A stretch of DNA of 64,000 nt from Pseudomonadota bacterium (GCA_039818665.1 JBCBTJ010000002.1:16195-80194); one strand, 5' to 3'; positions 19,267 through 28,459 are shown, counted from the stretch's first letter. Made by a program: numbers and translations. The notes: a model not told the origin generated them from the sequence alone.

Positions 19267-20055
19267 TCAGGCGGTGGCGGACGTCTCGTCCGCTGCGAGG
19301 TCGTTTCGATCGAAGACGAAACAGTCGATGGGTTCGATGACGGGGCCCACGGCGTCCGGCGTGTCGCTATAAGCGCGCAAATCGGCGAGCCCTCGCTCGA
19401 ACGCCTCGTCGTCCAATTGGATCAAGGTCGAGTCAGCGCGCAAGGCGATTTTCTTCGCAAATTCCGGCCAGTCGTCTGCCACGCGGCTCTCGACGATCTT
19501 GTGCTCGATCTGCCTGAACCCGCCCTCTTCGAAGCATGACCGCGTCGCCTCGGCGCTTAAGAGGGTGCTGTTCCAAAGCGTCCCCGCCTCTGGAAAGAAC
19601 GGGAGGTAGGGATAACGCAGCGATTGATCGGTCGTCCCCGCCCGCAGGCAGAGGCGGCCTTCCGGGCGCAGCACTCGGCGGCACTCGGCGACGGCGGCGC
19701 CTCGATCGCGAAAGTGATGCAGCGCCATGGAAATGAAGACCAGGTCGACGCCGCCGTCTGGCAATGGAATATCCTCGGCCGGCCCGGATACGAAGCGCAC
19801 TCTGTTGGAGGACACATTGCGCCGGGCGCGGTCTAGCATGGTGGTCGACGGATCGACGCCGATAATGTCGGCTGACAGCCAATCCGCCAGCCGCGCCGAA
19901 TACCGCCCAGTGCCGCAGCCGAGGTCGAGTACGGTCTGGACGTCCACGCCGGCGACAGAATCGACGACCACTCGCCGCCAAAGGGTTTCGGCGTCCCGCC
20001 CATATGCTCGCGCGCGGTCGTACACCGCAGCGGCCGCTGTTTGATCGTAGTCCAT
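19267..20055 (-). CDS. class I SAM-dependent methyltransferase, directly downstream of the TPP riboswitch
   Basis: 262 aa. VLDLGCGTGRY (motif I) and VDLVFISMALHHF. The ATG at 20055 lies 4 nt after the riboswitch 3' end. Confidence 0.75.
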   Translation of the reverse strand: MDYDQTAAAAVYDRARAYGRDAETLWRRVVVDSVAGVDVQTVLDLGCGTGRYSARLADWLSADIIGVDPSTTMLDRARRNVSSNRVRFVSGPAEDIPLPDGGVDLVFISMALHHFRDRGAAVAECRRVLRPEGRLCLRAGTTDQSLRYPYLPFFPEAGTLWNSTLLSAEATRSCFEEGGFRQIEHKIVESRVADDWPEFAKKIALRADSTLIQLDDEAFERGLADLRAYSDTPDAVGPVIEPIDCFVFDRNDLAADETSATA

Positions 20056-20057
20056 AA

Positions 20058-20135
20058 ATGACTCCCTACGCTGGCATTACCCAGACAGGTTCAACGGGTA
20101 TGATCTCAGCCCGTGCGGGCACCCCGGTCAGATGA
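20058..20135 (-). promoter_or_regulatory. TPP (THI-box) riboswitch
   Basis: The minus strand reads GACCGGGGTGCCCGCACGGGCTGAGATCATACCCGTTGAACCTGTCTGGGTAATGCCAGCGTAGGGAGTCATTTATG. It contains the conserved GGGGTGC, CTGAGA, ACCC, GAACCTG..CTGG.TAATGCCAGCGTAGGGA blocks in the correct order. Confidence 0.85.
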
Positions 20136-20164
20136 GTTTTCGCCGAACGGCGTCTCGTGTCAAT

Positions 20165-20365
20165 TCAACCGCCGCCGACGAACTGGACGACCTCCAAGCG
20201 GTCCCCCTCGCCGAGCGCGGTCCGCCCATGTTCGGATTTCGGCACGATTTCGCGATTGCGTTCGATGGCGACGCCGCGCGGGTCTCCGCCGAGCGTGGCG
20301 ACGAGCTCGGACAAGAGCAGGCCTTCGGCCACGTCGCGCGCCTCGCCGTTCACATAAATCCGCAC
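20165..20365 (-). CDS. thiS: sulfur carrier protein ThiS
   Basis: 66 aa, MRIYVNGE...VVQFVGGG, with a C-terminal GG. Confidence 0.85.
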   Translation of the reverse strand: MRIYVNGEARDVAEGLLLSELVATLGGDPRGVAIERNREIVPKSEHGRTALGEGDRLEVVQFVGGG

Positions 20366-20425
20366 CGCAAATCTCCTCTCCGCCGGGCTTGCTTTGCGCG
20401 GCGTTCCGGCGCAAGAGCCCTCGTC

Positions 20426-20869
20426 ATGTCAAAACCCATTTATGTTCTCAATGGGCCGAATCTCAACCTGTTGGGACAACGCGAACCGGAGATCTACGGG
20501 TCGGCCACGCTCGACGACATCCGCCGCCGCCTCGAAGACAAAGCCGGGTCCACGGCGATCGAGTTCCGCCAAACCAATCACGAAGGCGAGTTGGTCGATT
20601 GGATCCAAGAGGCCTCAGCCAATGCCGCTGCGGTCATTCTAAACGCCGGGGCGTACACCCACACCTCCGTCGCGGTGCACGACGCCCTGCGCGCCTGCGC
20701 GCCGCCGGTGATCGAAGTCCACCTGTCGAACCCGGCCGCGCGCGAGCCCTTTCGCGCCGCGAACTTCGTCGCGCCGGCCGCCCATGGGTCGATCACGGGA
20801 CTCGGGGCATATGGATACGAACTGGCGCTCGACGCCGCCCGCCATCTTGCGACTGAGGGGGATCGTTAG
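20426..20869 (+). CDS. aroQ: type II 3-dehydroquinate dehydratase
   Basis: Internal ATG of ORF 20132-20869. [25 protein letters not shown]...HLSN are canonical AroQ motifs. Confidence 0.9.
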   Translation: MSKPIYVLNGPNLNLLGQREPEIYGSATLDDIRRRLEDKAGSTAIEFRQTNHEGELVDWIQEASANAAAVILNAGAYTHTSVAVHDALRACAPPVIEVHLSNPAAREPFRAANFVAPAAHGSITGLGAYGYELALDAARHLATEGDR

Positions 20870-20872
20870 ATC

Positions 20873-21349
20873 ATGTCCAACGCAAAGCCCAAGCTAGACA
20901 CAAGCCTTGTTCGAGAACTCGCCGCCATACTCGGCGAGGCCGACCTCGGCGAGATCGAGGTCGAGCATGACGGCCTGCGCGTCAGGGTCTCCAAACCGAC
21001 CCCGCCGACGATCGCCCACGCCATGGCGCCCGCCTTTGCAGCGCCGCCTCAGGTTCATTCCGACGCGATGACGACCGAGACCGCGCCCGCGGGCGAGCCG
21101 GCCGCCGCGCCGCCCCAAAACGCCATCACGGCCCCCATGGTCGGCACCGCCTACCTCGCCCCGGAGCCCGGCGCGAAGGTGTTCGTGAATGTCGGCGACA
21201 AGGTCAAAGCCGGCGACACGCTGCTGCTCATCGAAGCGATGAAGACCTTCAACCCGGTCGAGGCGCCGAAGGCGGGCACGGTGAAAGCGATCCTTGTCGA
21301 AGACTCCCAGCCGGTCGAATTCGGCGAAGCCCTCATCGTGGTGGAGTGA
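20873..21349 (+). CDS. accB: acetyl-CoA carboxylase biotin carboxyl carrier protein
   Basis: 158 aa. Biotinylation motif EAMKTFN and an Ala/Pro-rich linker. Confidence 0.9.
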   Translation: MSNAKPKLDTSLVRELAAILGEADLGEIEVEHDGLRVRVSKPTPPTIAHAMAPAFAAPPQVHSDAMTTETAPAGEPAAAPPQNAITAPMVGTAYLAPEPGAKVFVNVGDKVKAGDTLLLIEAMKTFNPVEAPKAGTVKAILVEDSQPVEFGEALIVVE

Positions 21350-21359
21350 CGACGCGGAC

Positions 21360-22712
21360 ATGATCGAAAAAGTCCTCATCGCGAACCGGGGCGAAATCGC
21401 CCTGCGCATCCATCGCGCCTGCAAGGACATGGGCCTGCAGACCGTGGTGGTGCACTCAGAGGCCGACCGCGACGCCATGGCCGTGCGCCTGGCCGACGAG
21501 AGCGTCTGCATCGGCCCGCCGCCCTCCTCCGACAGCTATCTCAAAAAATCCGCCATCCTCGCCGCCGCAGAGATCACCGGCGCCGACGCGATCCACCCGG
21601 GCTACGGCTTTTTGTCCGAGAACGCCCAATTCGCCGAAATGGTTGAAGCGCACGGCCTCATCTTCATCGGCCCGAAAGCCGCGCATATCCGCGTCATGGG
21701 CGACAAGATCGCCGCCAAGCAGGCGATGATCGATGTCGGCGTGCCCGTGGTGCCCGGCTCCGACGGCGGCGTGAACTCGATCAGCGAAGCCAAGCGCGCG
21801 GGCAAAAAGATCGGCTATCCGGTCTTGGTCAAAGCCGCCTCCGGCGGCGGCGGGCGCGGCATGAAGGTCGCGCGCACCGAGAAAGAGCTGGAAAACGCCG
21901 TCAAAACCGCCAAGACCGAAGCCAAAGCCGCCTTTGGCGACGACACGGTCTACCTCGAAAAATACCTCGAAAAGCCGCGCCATATCGAGATCCAAATCAT
22001 CGCCGACGGCCACGGCAATGTCGCCCATCTCTGGGAGCGCGACTGCTCGATCCAGCGCCGCCACCAGAAAGTCTTCGAAGAAGCCCCCTCGCCGGCCCTC
22101 AATCAGGCCCAGCGCGACGAGATCGGCGGCGTCGTCGCCCGCGCCGTCAAGGAGATGGGCTATCTCGGCGCGGGCACTATGGAGTTCCTCTACGAGGACG
22201 GGGCCTTCTATTTCATCGAAATGAACACGCGGCTCCAGGTCGAGCACCCGGTGACCGAGATGATCACCCGCGTCGACATCGTCCGCGAACAGATCCGCAT
22301 CGCCAACGGCGCGAAACTGTCTTTCTCGCAAGAAGAGCTCACCCTGGTGGGCCATGCCATCGAGTGCCGGATCAACGCCGAGCATCCGCGCACCTTCATC
22401 CCTTCGCCCGGCGCGATCACCGACTTTCACGCCCCCGGCGGCCCTGGCGTGCGCCTCGATAGCGCCGCTTACGCCGGCTACAGGATCCCGCCCTATTACG
22501 ACAGCATGATCGGCAAGCTCATCGTGCATGGCCGCACGCGCCGCGAATGCGTCACGCGCTTGCGCCGGGCCTTGTCGGAAATGGTGGTCGGCGGGGTTGA
22601 GACGACGCTCGATCTGCACCGCGCCTTGGTCGAAGTCGACGACATCATCGAGGGCGCGTACGACATCCACTGGCTCGAGCGTTATCTTGCGGAGCCAGCG
22701 GCCGACGCATAG
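21360..22712 (+). CDS. accC: acetyl-CoA carboxylase biotin carboxylase subunit
   Basis: Internal ATG at 21360. [25 protein letters not shown]..., ATP-grasp motifs and [14 protein letters not shown]. Confidence 0.95.
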   Translation: MIEKVLIANRGEIALRIHRACKDMGLQTVVVHSEADRDAMAVRLADESVCIGPPPSSDSYLKKSAILAAAEITGADAIHPGYGFLSENAQFAEMVEAHGLIFIGPKAAHIRVMGDKIAAKQAMIDVGVPVVPGSDGGVNSISEAKRAGKKIGYPVLVKAASGGGGRGMKVARTEKELENAVKTAKTEAKAAFGDDTVYLEKYLEKPRHIEIQIIADGHGNVAHLWERDCSIQRRHQKVFEEAPSPALNQAQRDEIGGVVARAVKEMGYLGAGTMEFLYEDGAFYFIEMNTRLQVEHPVTEMITRVDIVREQIRIANGAKLSFSQEELTLVGHAIECRINAEHPRTFIPSPGAITDFHAPGGPGVRLDSAAYAGYRIPPYYDSMIGKLIVHGRTRRECVTRLRRALSEMVVGGVETTLDLHRALVEVDDIIEGAYDIHWLERYLAEPAADA

Positions 22713-22721
22713 ATTCCGCTT

Positions 22722-23375
22722 ATGTCTCAACGTTTCGGCCCGGACGAACTGCTCTCTTGCTATCGGCGCGGCGTTTTTCCGATGGCCGACGCGCATGATG
22801 ATCCGAACCTTTTCCTGATCGACCCGGACGAGCGGGGCGTGCTGCCGCTGGAGACCTTCCATATTCCCACGCGCTTGCGGCGAACGCTGCGCCAAGAGCC
22901 TTATGACGTGACCGCCGACATGGCGTTCACCCGCGTTATCGAAGCCTGCGCGGAACGCACCTCGGATCGCCAAAGCACCTGGATCAATGCGACGATCTTG
23001 AACCTGTACGCCGCGCTTCACAGACGCGGCCGCGCTCATAGCATCGAGTGCTGGCTCGGCGATCGATTGGTCGGCGGGCTATACGGCGTCTCTCTCGGGG
23101 CGGTCTTCTTCGGCGAAAGCATGTTTTCGCGTGAGCGCGACGCCTCGAAGATCGCCCTCGCGCACCTCGCCGCGCGCCTCATCTCAGGCGGCTATCGCCT
23201 GCTCGACGCGCAGTTCCACAACCCGCACTTGGAACAGTTCGGCTTGGAGGAGATTTCCCGCGCGGAGTTCAAAGCGCGGCTCGCGGACGCTCTGGAAAGC
23301 GAAGGCGACTTTTACTCGCCCTCCGCGCCCTCGACGGGGCGGGGCGTGGTGCAGTTGATCACCCAGATGTCGTAG
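22722..23375 (+). CDS. aat: leucyl/phenylalanyl-tRNA--protein transferase
   Basis: 217 aa. LLSCYRRGVFPM, TWINATILNLYAALHRRGRAHSIE and GGLYGVSLGAVFFGESMFS are typical of Aat. Confidence 0.85.
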   Translation: MSQRFGPDELLSCYRRGVFPMADAHDDPNLFLIDPDERGVLPLETFHIPTRLRRTLRQEPYDVTADMAFTRVIEACAERTSDRQSTWINATILNLYAALHRRGRAHSIECWLGDRLVGGLYGVSLGAVFFGESMFSRERDASKIALAHLAARLISGGYRLLDAQFHNPHLEQFGLEEISRAEFKARLADALESEGDFYSPSAPSTGRGVVQLITQMS

Positions 23376-23773
23376 ACGGGGTGCTCCAAGGCGCTGAGGC
23401 CGGGCGACGAAGCGAACATCCACCCATTGAACAGCGTCGGATTATCGTCGGCCACCGTGTCCACCTCGGATGCGTCGACCGCGTCCTCCATCGATTCGAC
23501 CTGCACCGGCTGGGTCGAGAGGATCTTCAAGAACGCCGCCGATTCAGGCGTCACTTCGGGCGGCTTTTGGAAGCATGCCTGCAGCTCAACGTTCAGTGAG
23601 CCGTAGACGATCGGTTCGCCAACGGCCACTTCGATGTCGGTCGAACGGCCCGTGATCTTGTCGAGCGCCCTGAGCGTGGCTTTCTCATAGGGTTCGTAGT
23701 CGACCGCCGCCGCCGGCGCGCCGAAGGCGCCGAGAACGATCAGGGCTGCTAAGACGCGCATTCTCTCGCTCAC
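23312..23773 (-). CDS. DUF2155 domain protein (secreted)
   Basis: 153 aa. Signal peptide and LRALDKITGRSTDIEVAVGEPIVYGSLNVELQAC. It co-occurs with NDUFA12-like genes in alphaproteobacteria, as far as I recall. Confidence 0.55.
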   Translation of the reverse strand: MSERMRVLAALIVLGAFGAPAAAVDYEPYEKATLRALDKITGRSTDIEVAVGEPIVYGSLNVELQACFQKPPEVTPESAAFLKILSTQPVQVESMEDAVDASEVDTVADDNPTLFNGWMFASSPGLSALEHPVYDIWVINCTTPRPVEGAEGE

Positions 23774-24231
23774 TCTTCAGCTGTGCCGGATGCGACCGAG
23801 CCGACAAGGGTCAACAGGTCGACGCTGCCGCGCGTAAAGATGATTTCGCCCGTGCCGTCCGTGGGGATGGTATCGAGCCCGCCGCCTGGCTCCAAAGCCA
23901 CATACGACCCGCCGAGCAGCCCGTCCTGCGAGATCTTCGCGTCCGTGTCGTCGGGCAGATTGTTCAGATTGTTGTCGAGCGCCAGCGTCACCACGGCGTC
24001 ATAGCGGTCGAAATCAGGCGTGATATTTTGAACCACGCCGACCTTGACCCCGGACAAGCGCACGTCGCTGCCCCGGGCGATGCCGCTGACATTGTTGAAC
24101 CGCGCCGTCACTTCGTAGCGCCCGTTGGAGCCGCTATCGTCGCCGCCGGTGTCCAAAGCGTACCACAGGAAGACCGCGCCGACCGCGACGACGGCGATCC
24201 CGATCAGCGTCTCGGCGATCGACTCACGCAT
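23770..24231 (-). CDS. mlaD: MlaD-like (MCE domain) outer-membrane lipid asymmetry protein
   Basis: ATG at 24231 (MRESIAETLIGIAVV...). N-terminal TM anchor, then an MCE-like segment YEVTARFNNVSGIARGSDVRLSGVKVGVV. 8-nt overlap with the upstream gene. Confidence 0.7.
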   Translation of the reverse strand: MRESIAETLIGIAVVAVGAVFLWYALDTGGDDSGSNGRYEVTARFNNVSGIARGSDVRLSGVKVGVVQNITPDFDRYDAVVTLALDNNLNNLPDDTDAKISQDGLLGGSYVALEPGGGLDTIPTDGTGEIIFTRGSVDLLTLVGSVASGTAEE

Positions 24232-24616
24232 CGGGGGTCCACGCTTCATAATCGGCTGACGTCTTCGCACGCTCGCCGCCCTCGGACAGCGCCCCGCGCG
24301 GGCGTTCCGCGAACACAGTGCCGGTCATGTTCGGCTTGTGATCGATCTCCCAAGACCGGCGCTTCAGCGGCGCTTCTGTCGGCGGGTCTTCAAAGGTGTG
24401 GTGCAGCCACCCGTGCCAGTCCGCCGGCACCTTCGACGGCTCGGCGAGGCCGCGATACACCACATAGCGGCGCTTGCGCCCTTCAAGCGACACTTTGCGG
24501 TCCTCGAAATACCGATTGCCGTACTCGTCCTCCCCAATGAAGTTCGAGCGGCGCTTGATGTCGAACAGCGTGCTTATCGACGCGCCGTTCCACCAGGTGA
24601 AGACTCTTTCCAACAC
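24224..24616 (-). CDS. NADH:ubiquinone oxidoreductase subunit NDUFA12 family protein
   Basis: GTG at 24616 with AGGA about 8 nt upstream gives MLERVFTWWNGASISTLF...DEYGNRYFE...VPADWHGWLHH, the typical NDUFA12 pattern. The track ORF extends spuriously to 24739. Confidence 0.75.
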   Translation of the reverse strand: MLERVFTWWNGASISTLFDIKRRSNFIGEDEYGNRYFEDRKVSLEGRKRRYVVYRGLAEPSKVPADWHGWLHHTFEDPPTEAPLKRRSWEIDHKPNMTGTVFAERPRGALSEGGERAKTSADYEAWTPDA

Positions 24617-24689
24617 AAAGGGAATCCTGAGTTTGTTTTCCGGCGGGAATATGGCGCGAGCCGCATCGGGAATCCAGTGACGCCGACAA

Positions 24690-24705
24690 CCACAATATCT
24701 TGTGG
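24690..24705. promoter_or_regulatory. NrdR-box-like palindrome
   Basis: CCACAATATCTTGTGG (CCACAA-TATC-TTGTGG). I count 13/16 matches to the published NrdR box consensus acaCwAtATaTwGtgt. It lies 85 nt upstream of the NrdJ-like CDS. Confidence 0.5.
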
Positions 24706-24789
24706 GTGCTGTCCCACAAATGAACAATCTGTGTTGCACGAGGCCCCGCGGCCGGCCACTCTCACCGTGTAAATGCGGAGGCGAATCGA

Positions 24790-27048
24790 ATGAGCGGCGA
24801 GCGTCGAACCGAGTTGATCGAACAGTTGGGCGCCGAAGCGGCGGAGGTCTTGGTCGAAGCCGCCGAGCAAAGGCGGATCACCTATCCCGCGCCGCTCGCC
24901 GAAATCACGGCGTTCGGCGAGGCGGTGGACGGCGGCGAGGCCAGGCCGGAAACGCTGGAGCGCCATGCGCGCGCCATGCGGCTGACATCGCTCGCTGCGC
25001 GCGGACGCCTCGCAATCGCGGAAATGCTCGAGGCCGCCGGCGACGCGCCGCGCAATGAAGATCTCGCCGATCTGCTGGGCGCGGGCCTGCCCGAAGAGAT
25101 TCTCGAAGACGGCTTGCGCCACGCTGGCGGCCTGCGCGGCGCGGCGGCGGACCTGCGCCGCGGCGCGGCCGAGGACCAGTCAGCCCGCCTTCTGCTCCGC
25201 GGCGCGCCCGATCAGGACGCCTCGCCTGCGCTTCAGGCGCTGCTCGACGAAGGCGGGACGGCGTGGTTCATCGACCTCGCCGGCGCGGACCCGGCCGCGC
25301 CTTCGGCGGCGATCAACATCGCCGCCTTCATGACGCCGGACGGGATCGACGCCGACGCGCTTGAGACGGTGCTGCGCGCCTGCGGTCCGGCCTTGGACAA
25401 GGGCGTCGTCTGCCTTGCGGGGCTCGCCGCCGCCGCGCTCGCGCTCGGCGAAGACTACGCCGACCCGAACGGCCCGGCGGCCGCCGCGGCGCTGTGCGCC
25501 CTGGTTCGGTCCATCGTGTCCGGATCCGCGCTCACGGCGGCGAACGCCAAGCGGCTGGGCGTCAAAGCGCGCCGGGCGGCGAACAGATCCAACATCGCGG
25601 TCGTCGCATTGCCGCTGTCTTCCGCGGCTGAGATCTGGCTCGAACCGGAAAGCCAGGGCGCCGACCCGGCGCATATCGGGCTCGCCGCACGGGACGACGG
25701 CGCGGATCTGCCGGACAGCGCGCGGCTGGGCCTGGCGCGCCGCGCGCCCGAGACGCTCGGGCCTTTGATGGCCTCGCTCGACCGCGCGATCGACCTTGAT
25801 GAAACGCCGGGCCTCGGCGTCGATCGGCTGCGCGCCCGCGGCCTGTCGAGCCAGGCCATCGACCGCGTGCGCAGCGCGCTCAGCGAGGGCCTGCCGCTCA
25901 ACGCCGCCTTCTCCCGCTGGGTGCTGGGCGACGAGATCATCGCCCGGGATTTGAACCTTGCGCCCGAAGCCTTCGACGCCGACGGCCGCGCTCTGCTCTC
26001 AGCCATCGGCTTTTCGCGGAAAGACATCGACGCCGCCGAAGCCGCCCTGGACGGCGCGCGCGAAGCGCTGGCGGCCCGGACGCTGGCGGAGGCCGGCTTC
26101 ACCGCGAGCCCGGATCTTCAAGCCCGCATCGCCTTCGCCGAGGCGATCGCGCCGCATCTGTCGGCGCCGCCCGTATTGACCGCCGAAACCGCCGGCGACG
26201 CGATCGAGATCGCTTCGAAAGGCCTTGGCGCCTGCGCCCAGGGCGGCCGCACGCCGGCCGACCAGAGCATTCTGGACCGCCTCGCCGACGCCCGCCGGCT
26301 GCTGGAGGAGCCGCCGACCGCGGCTGCGCCGGTCCAGCCGGCGCCGACGGTCGAGGACGGCGGCGACGCGCCGGAGCCCGCCTCGCGCGCCCGCCTGCCG
26401 GACCGCCGCAAGGGCTATATCCAGAAAGCCACCGTCGGCGGCCACAAAGTCTATCTGCACACCGGCGAGTTCGAAGACGGCTCGCTCGGCGAGATCTTCC
26501 TCGACATGCACAAGGAAGGCGCCGCCTTCCGGTCGCTGATGAACAATTTCGCCATCGCCATCTCCATCGGCCTGCAATACGGCGTCCCGCTGGACGAGTT
26601 CGTCGACGCCTTCGTCTTCACCCGCTTCGAACCCGCCGGCGATGTCACCGGCAACGACCGCATCACCCGGGCGACCTCCATCCTCGACTACATCTTCCGC
26701 GAGCTCGCCGTCTCCTATCTCGGCCGCGAGGACCTCGCCGAAGCCGGCCAGGACGTCACCCATGACGGCCTCGGCCGCGGCTTGCAGGACGGCTCCGGCT
26801 TCGACCGCGAGGCCGCCAAAGTCATCTCCCGCGGCTTCTCCCGCGGCCAGCTGCCCGACAATATCGTCATCCTCGACAAGCGCCGCGCCGAAGCCGAAGC
26901 CGTCGAAGACGCGGCCTCCGCCGCGGAGGCGGCCCCCGCCTATCTCGGCGAGCCCTGCCCCGAATGCGGCAGCTTCACCTTGTACGCGGTCGAGGAGGGC
27001 GGCGCGGCCGTCTGCGACGCCTGCGGGGCCGAATCCTCGGCCGTCTAA
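24790..27048 (+). CDS. class II (B12-dependent) ribonucleotide reductase NrdJ-like protein, N-terminally truncated with degenerate catalytic region and conserved C-terminal domain plus Cys4 zinc ribbon
   Basis: 752 aa, with GGAGG 9 nt upstream of the ATG. The C-terminal [79 protein letters not shown]...[17 protein letters not shown] is near-canonical for long NrdJ. It ends with CPECGS...CDACG. See findings for the degenerate middle region. Confidence 0.7.
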   Translation: MSGERRTELIEQLGAEAAEVLVEAAEQRRITYPAPLAEITAFGEAVDGGEARPETLERHARAMRLTSLAARGRLAIAEMLEAAGDAPRNEDLADLLGAGLPEEILEDGLRHAGGLRGAAADLRRGAAEDQSARLLLRGAPDQDASPALQALLDEGGTAWFIDLAGADPAAPSAAINIAAFMTPDGIDADALETVLRACGPALDKGVVCLAGLAAAALALGEDYADPNGPAAAAALCALVRSIVSGSALTAANAKRLGVKARRAANRSNIAVVALPLSSAAEIWLEPESQGADPAHIGLAARDDGADLPDSARLGLARRAPETLGPLMASLDRAIDLDETPGLGVDRLRARGLSSQAIDRVRSALSEGLPLNAAFSRWVLGDEIIARDLNLAPEAFDADGRALLSAIGFSRKDIDAAEAALDGAREALAARTLAEAGFTASPDLQARIAFAEAIAPHLSAPPVLTAETAGDAIEIASKGLGACAQGGRTPADQSILDRLADARRLLEEPPTAAAPVQPAPTVEDGGDAPEPASRARLPDRRKGYIQKATVGGHKVYLHTGEFEDGSLGEIFLDMHKEGAAFRSLMNNFAIAISIGLQYGVPLDEFVDAFVFTRFEPAGDVTGNDRITRATSILDYIFRELAVSYLGREDLAEAGQDVTHDGLGRGLQDGSGFDREAAKVISRGFSRGQLPDNIVILDKRRAEAEAVEDAASAAEAAPAYLGEPCPECGSFTLYAVEEGGAAVCDACGAESSAV

Positions 27049-27160
27049 CCGCCTAAACAATTGGTAATATTGATGATCCCGGGCCACAGGTGCATGAAAA
27101 CGCCTGTCTCACTGTTTGTTTTGTTTCACAGCCCGAACGCAACCAGATAGAAGACCGCTC

Positions 27161-27871
27161 ATGGGATTACGCGCTCTGCTCGCCGCCGCCGTGGCTGGCT
27201 CGTTCGCCGGGTCCGCAGCCGCGGACGGCCCGAAAAAGGTGACCTGGCAGCCGGCTTATTCCGGCTCTTGCGAAAAGTGCCAGCTCGCCAACAAACACTT
27301 GTCCTATTGGGACCTCGCCGGCGCCAATTTCCCCGACGCGGACCTCTCGCACGCCACCCTGCTCGGCGTCACCGCCGCCGGCGCGGATTTCTCCAACGCC
27401 GTCGCGCCCAACGCCAACTTCACCCGCGCCAACCTCCAATCGGCCCGCTTCGAAGGCGCCGATCTCGGCCACGCCGTGCTGCACGGCGCTGATGCGGCCG
27501 GCGCGCACTTCGCAGGCGCGACCATGGACCGCGCCGATCTACGCCGCGCCATTCTGATCGGGGCGAATCTCGAAGGCGTCAGCGCGGTGTCGGTGAAAGC
27601 CGAGAGCGCCGACTTCTCCGGCGCGAATTGCACCGGCGCCATCTTCCGCGAAGCCAAGCTGCGCCGCGCCGTGTTCGACGGCGCCATCCTCACCAGCGCG
27701 ACCTTCGACGGGGCGGACATCGCCGGCGCCAGCTTCCGGTCGGCCCGGCTGATCGACGCCGACCTCTCCGGCGCGGCCGGCTATGAGAACGCCGATTTCT
27801 CCGACGCTTGCGGCTCCGAGACCACGCAAACCCCGCCCAGCCTCGACCTGCCCCTCTGCGCGACGAATTAG
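27161..27871 (+). CDS. secreted pentapeptide-repeat protein
   Basis: Internal ATG at 27161 (MGLRALLAAAVAGSFAGSAAADG signal peptide). Long run of A(D/N)LxG/A(D/N)FxG pentapeptide repeats (ADLSHATLLGVTAAGADFSNAVAPNANFTRANLQSARFEGADLGHA...). Confidence 0.75.
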   Translation: MGLRALLAAAVAGSFAGSAAADGPKKVTWQPAYSGSCEKCQLANKHLSYWDLAGANFPDADLSHATLLGVTAAGADFSNAVAPNANFTRANLQSARFEGADLGHAVLHGADAAGAHFAGATMDRADLRRAILIGANLEGVSAVSVKAESADFSGANCTGAIFREAKLRRAVFDGAILTSATFDGADIAGASFRSARLIDADLSGAAGYENADFSDACGSETTQTPPSLDLPLCATN

Positions 27872-27876
27872 ACGGC

Positions 27877-27899
27877 GCGGCCCGGGCGGGCCCGGCCGC
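27877..27899 (+). terminator. GC-rich hairpin after the pentapeptide-repeat gene (no U-tract)
   Basis: GCGGCCCGGGCGGGCCCGGCCGC: 6 bp plus 2 bp stem with one mismatch, starting 6 nt after the stop codon. It lacks a T-run, so function is uncertain. Confidence 0.25.
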
Positions 27900-28459
27900 T
27901 CCGGGCAGCCCGCCAAACAGCGCGAGACGCTCGTCCAGACCAACGCATAGGCCGCCGTCTCCTGATCGGCATGATCCAATTGCGCCGGCGACCGGGGTCG
28001 ATCAGCGAACCCGGCCGCGGACCGAGGATCAGCGCGTCGGTTGCGAGCGCGCCAAGCCGGGCGCCGGCATGCCCGCCGCACGGCCCGGGCGACAGCGTCA
28101 GGACCCGGCCTTTGCCTTGCGTTTGCGGCGGCCCGCGGACGCGTCAGCCTAGCGTCCACGCTCAATCAGAACAACCGAAACGCGCCGAAGGCGGCCACAT
28201 GGCGTTTGATGTCGGACGACTACTATGGGCGCATTTTGAGACATTAGAAGCTGATCATTCCAACGGCCGGAGTTGGCTCTTCTCAGTCCGAGACCACCGA
28301 ATGGGCGAGCGACTTAAGTCGCCCTAAAATGGACCCTCACCGCTTGGCGACCGATGCCCGAAGTGCTAATTTTTCGGCTGCTCGACGGAAGAGGAGTTCG
28401 AAGCCCATTGCGGACTTGCCGCTGCGTGCATCTCACATAGTGATAGTCGGTATCGTTTC

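Noticed and set aside
21456-23039. 527-aa ORF on the - strand
   Set aside because: It is antisense to accC and aat, with no recognisable motifs. Shadow ORF.
24722-24737. Second NrdR box 32 bp downstream of the first
   Set aside because: It matches only about 9/16 consensus positions. It is mentioned as weak support but not annotated as a feature.
28049-28058. 10-mer GCGCCAAGCC shared with 30897-30906, a possible direct repeat flanking the islet
   Set aside because: A single 10-nt match, extendable only imperfectly, between two ~500-bp GC-rich regions is expected by chance at an appreciable rate. Neither copy sits at the compositional boundary.
27539-28165. 208-aa minus-strand ORF spanning the pentapeptide gene 3' end and the GC-rich left flank
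   Set aside because: Half of it is antisense to a good gene, the remainder is Arg/Pro/Ala-rich, and I recognise no family. Kept only as a possible pseudogene region in the flank finding.
28340-28405. tRNA-like fragments (GGAGTTCGAAGCCC; an anticodon-stem-like CCGAA..TTCGG around GCT; GTCGCCAAGCGGTGAGGG on the opposite strand)
   Set aside because: The T-stem halves are not complementary, the putative anticodon loop would be 10 nt, and the D-arm-like piece is on the other strand, so no cloverleaf can be drawn. At most this is a decayed scrap; it needs tRNAscan-SE.
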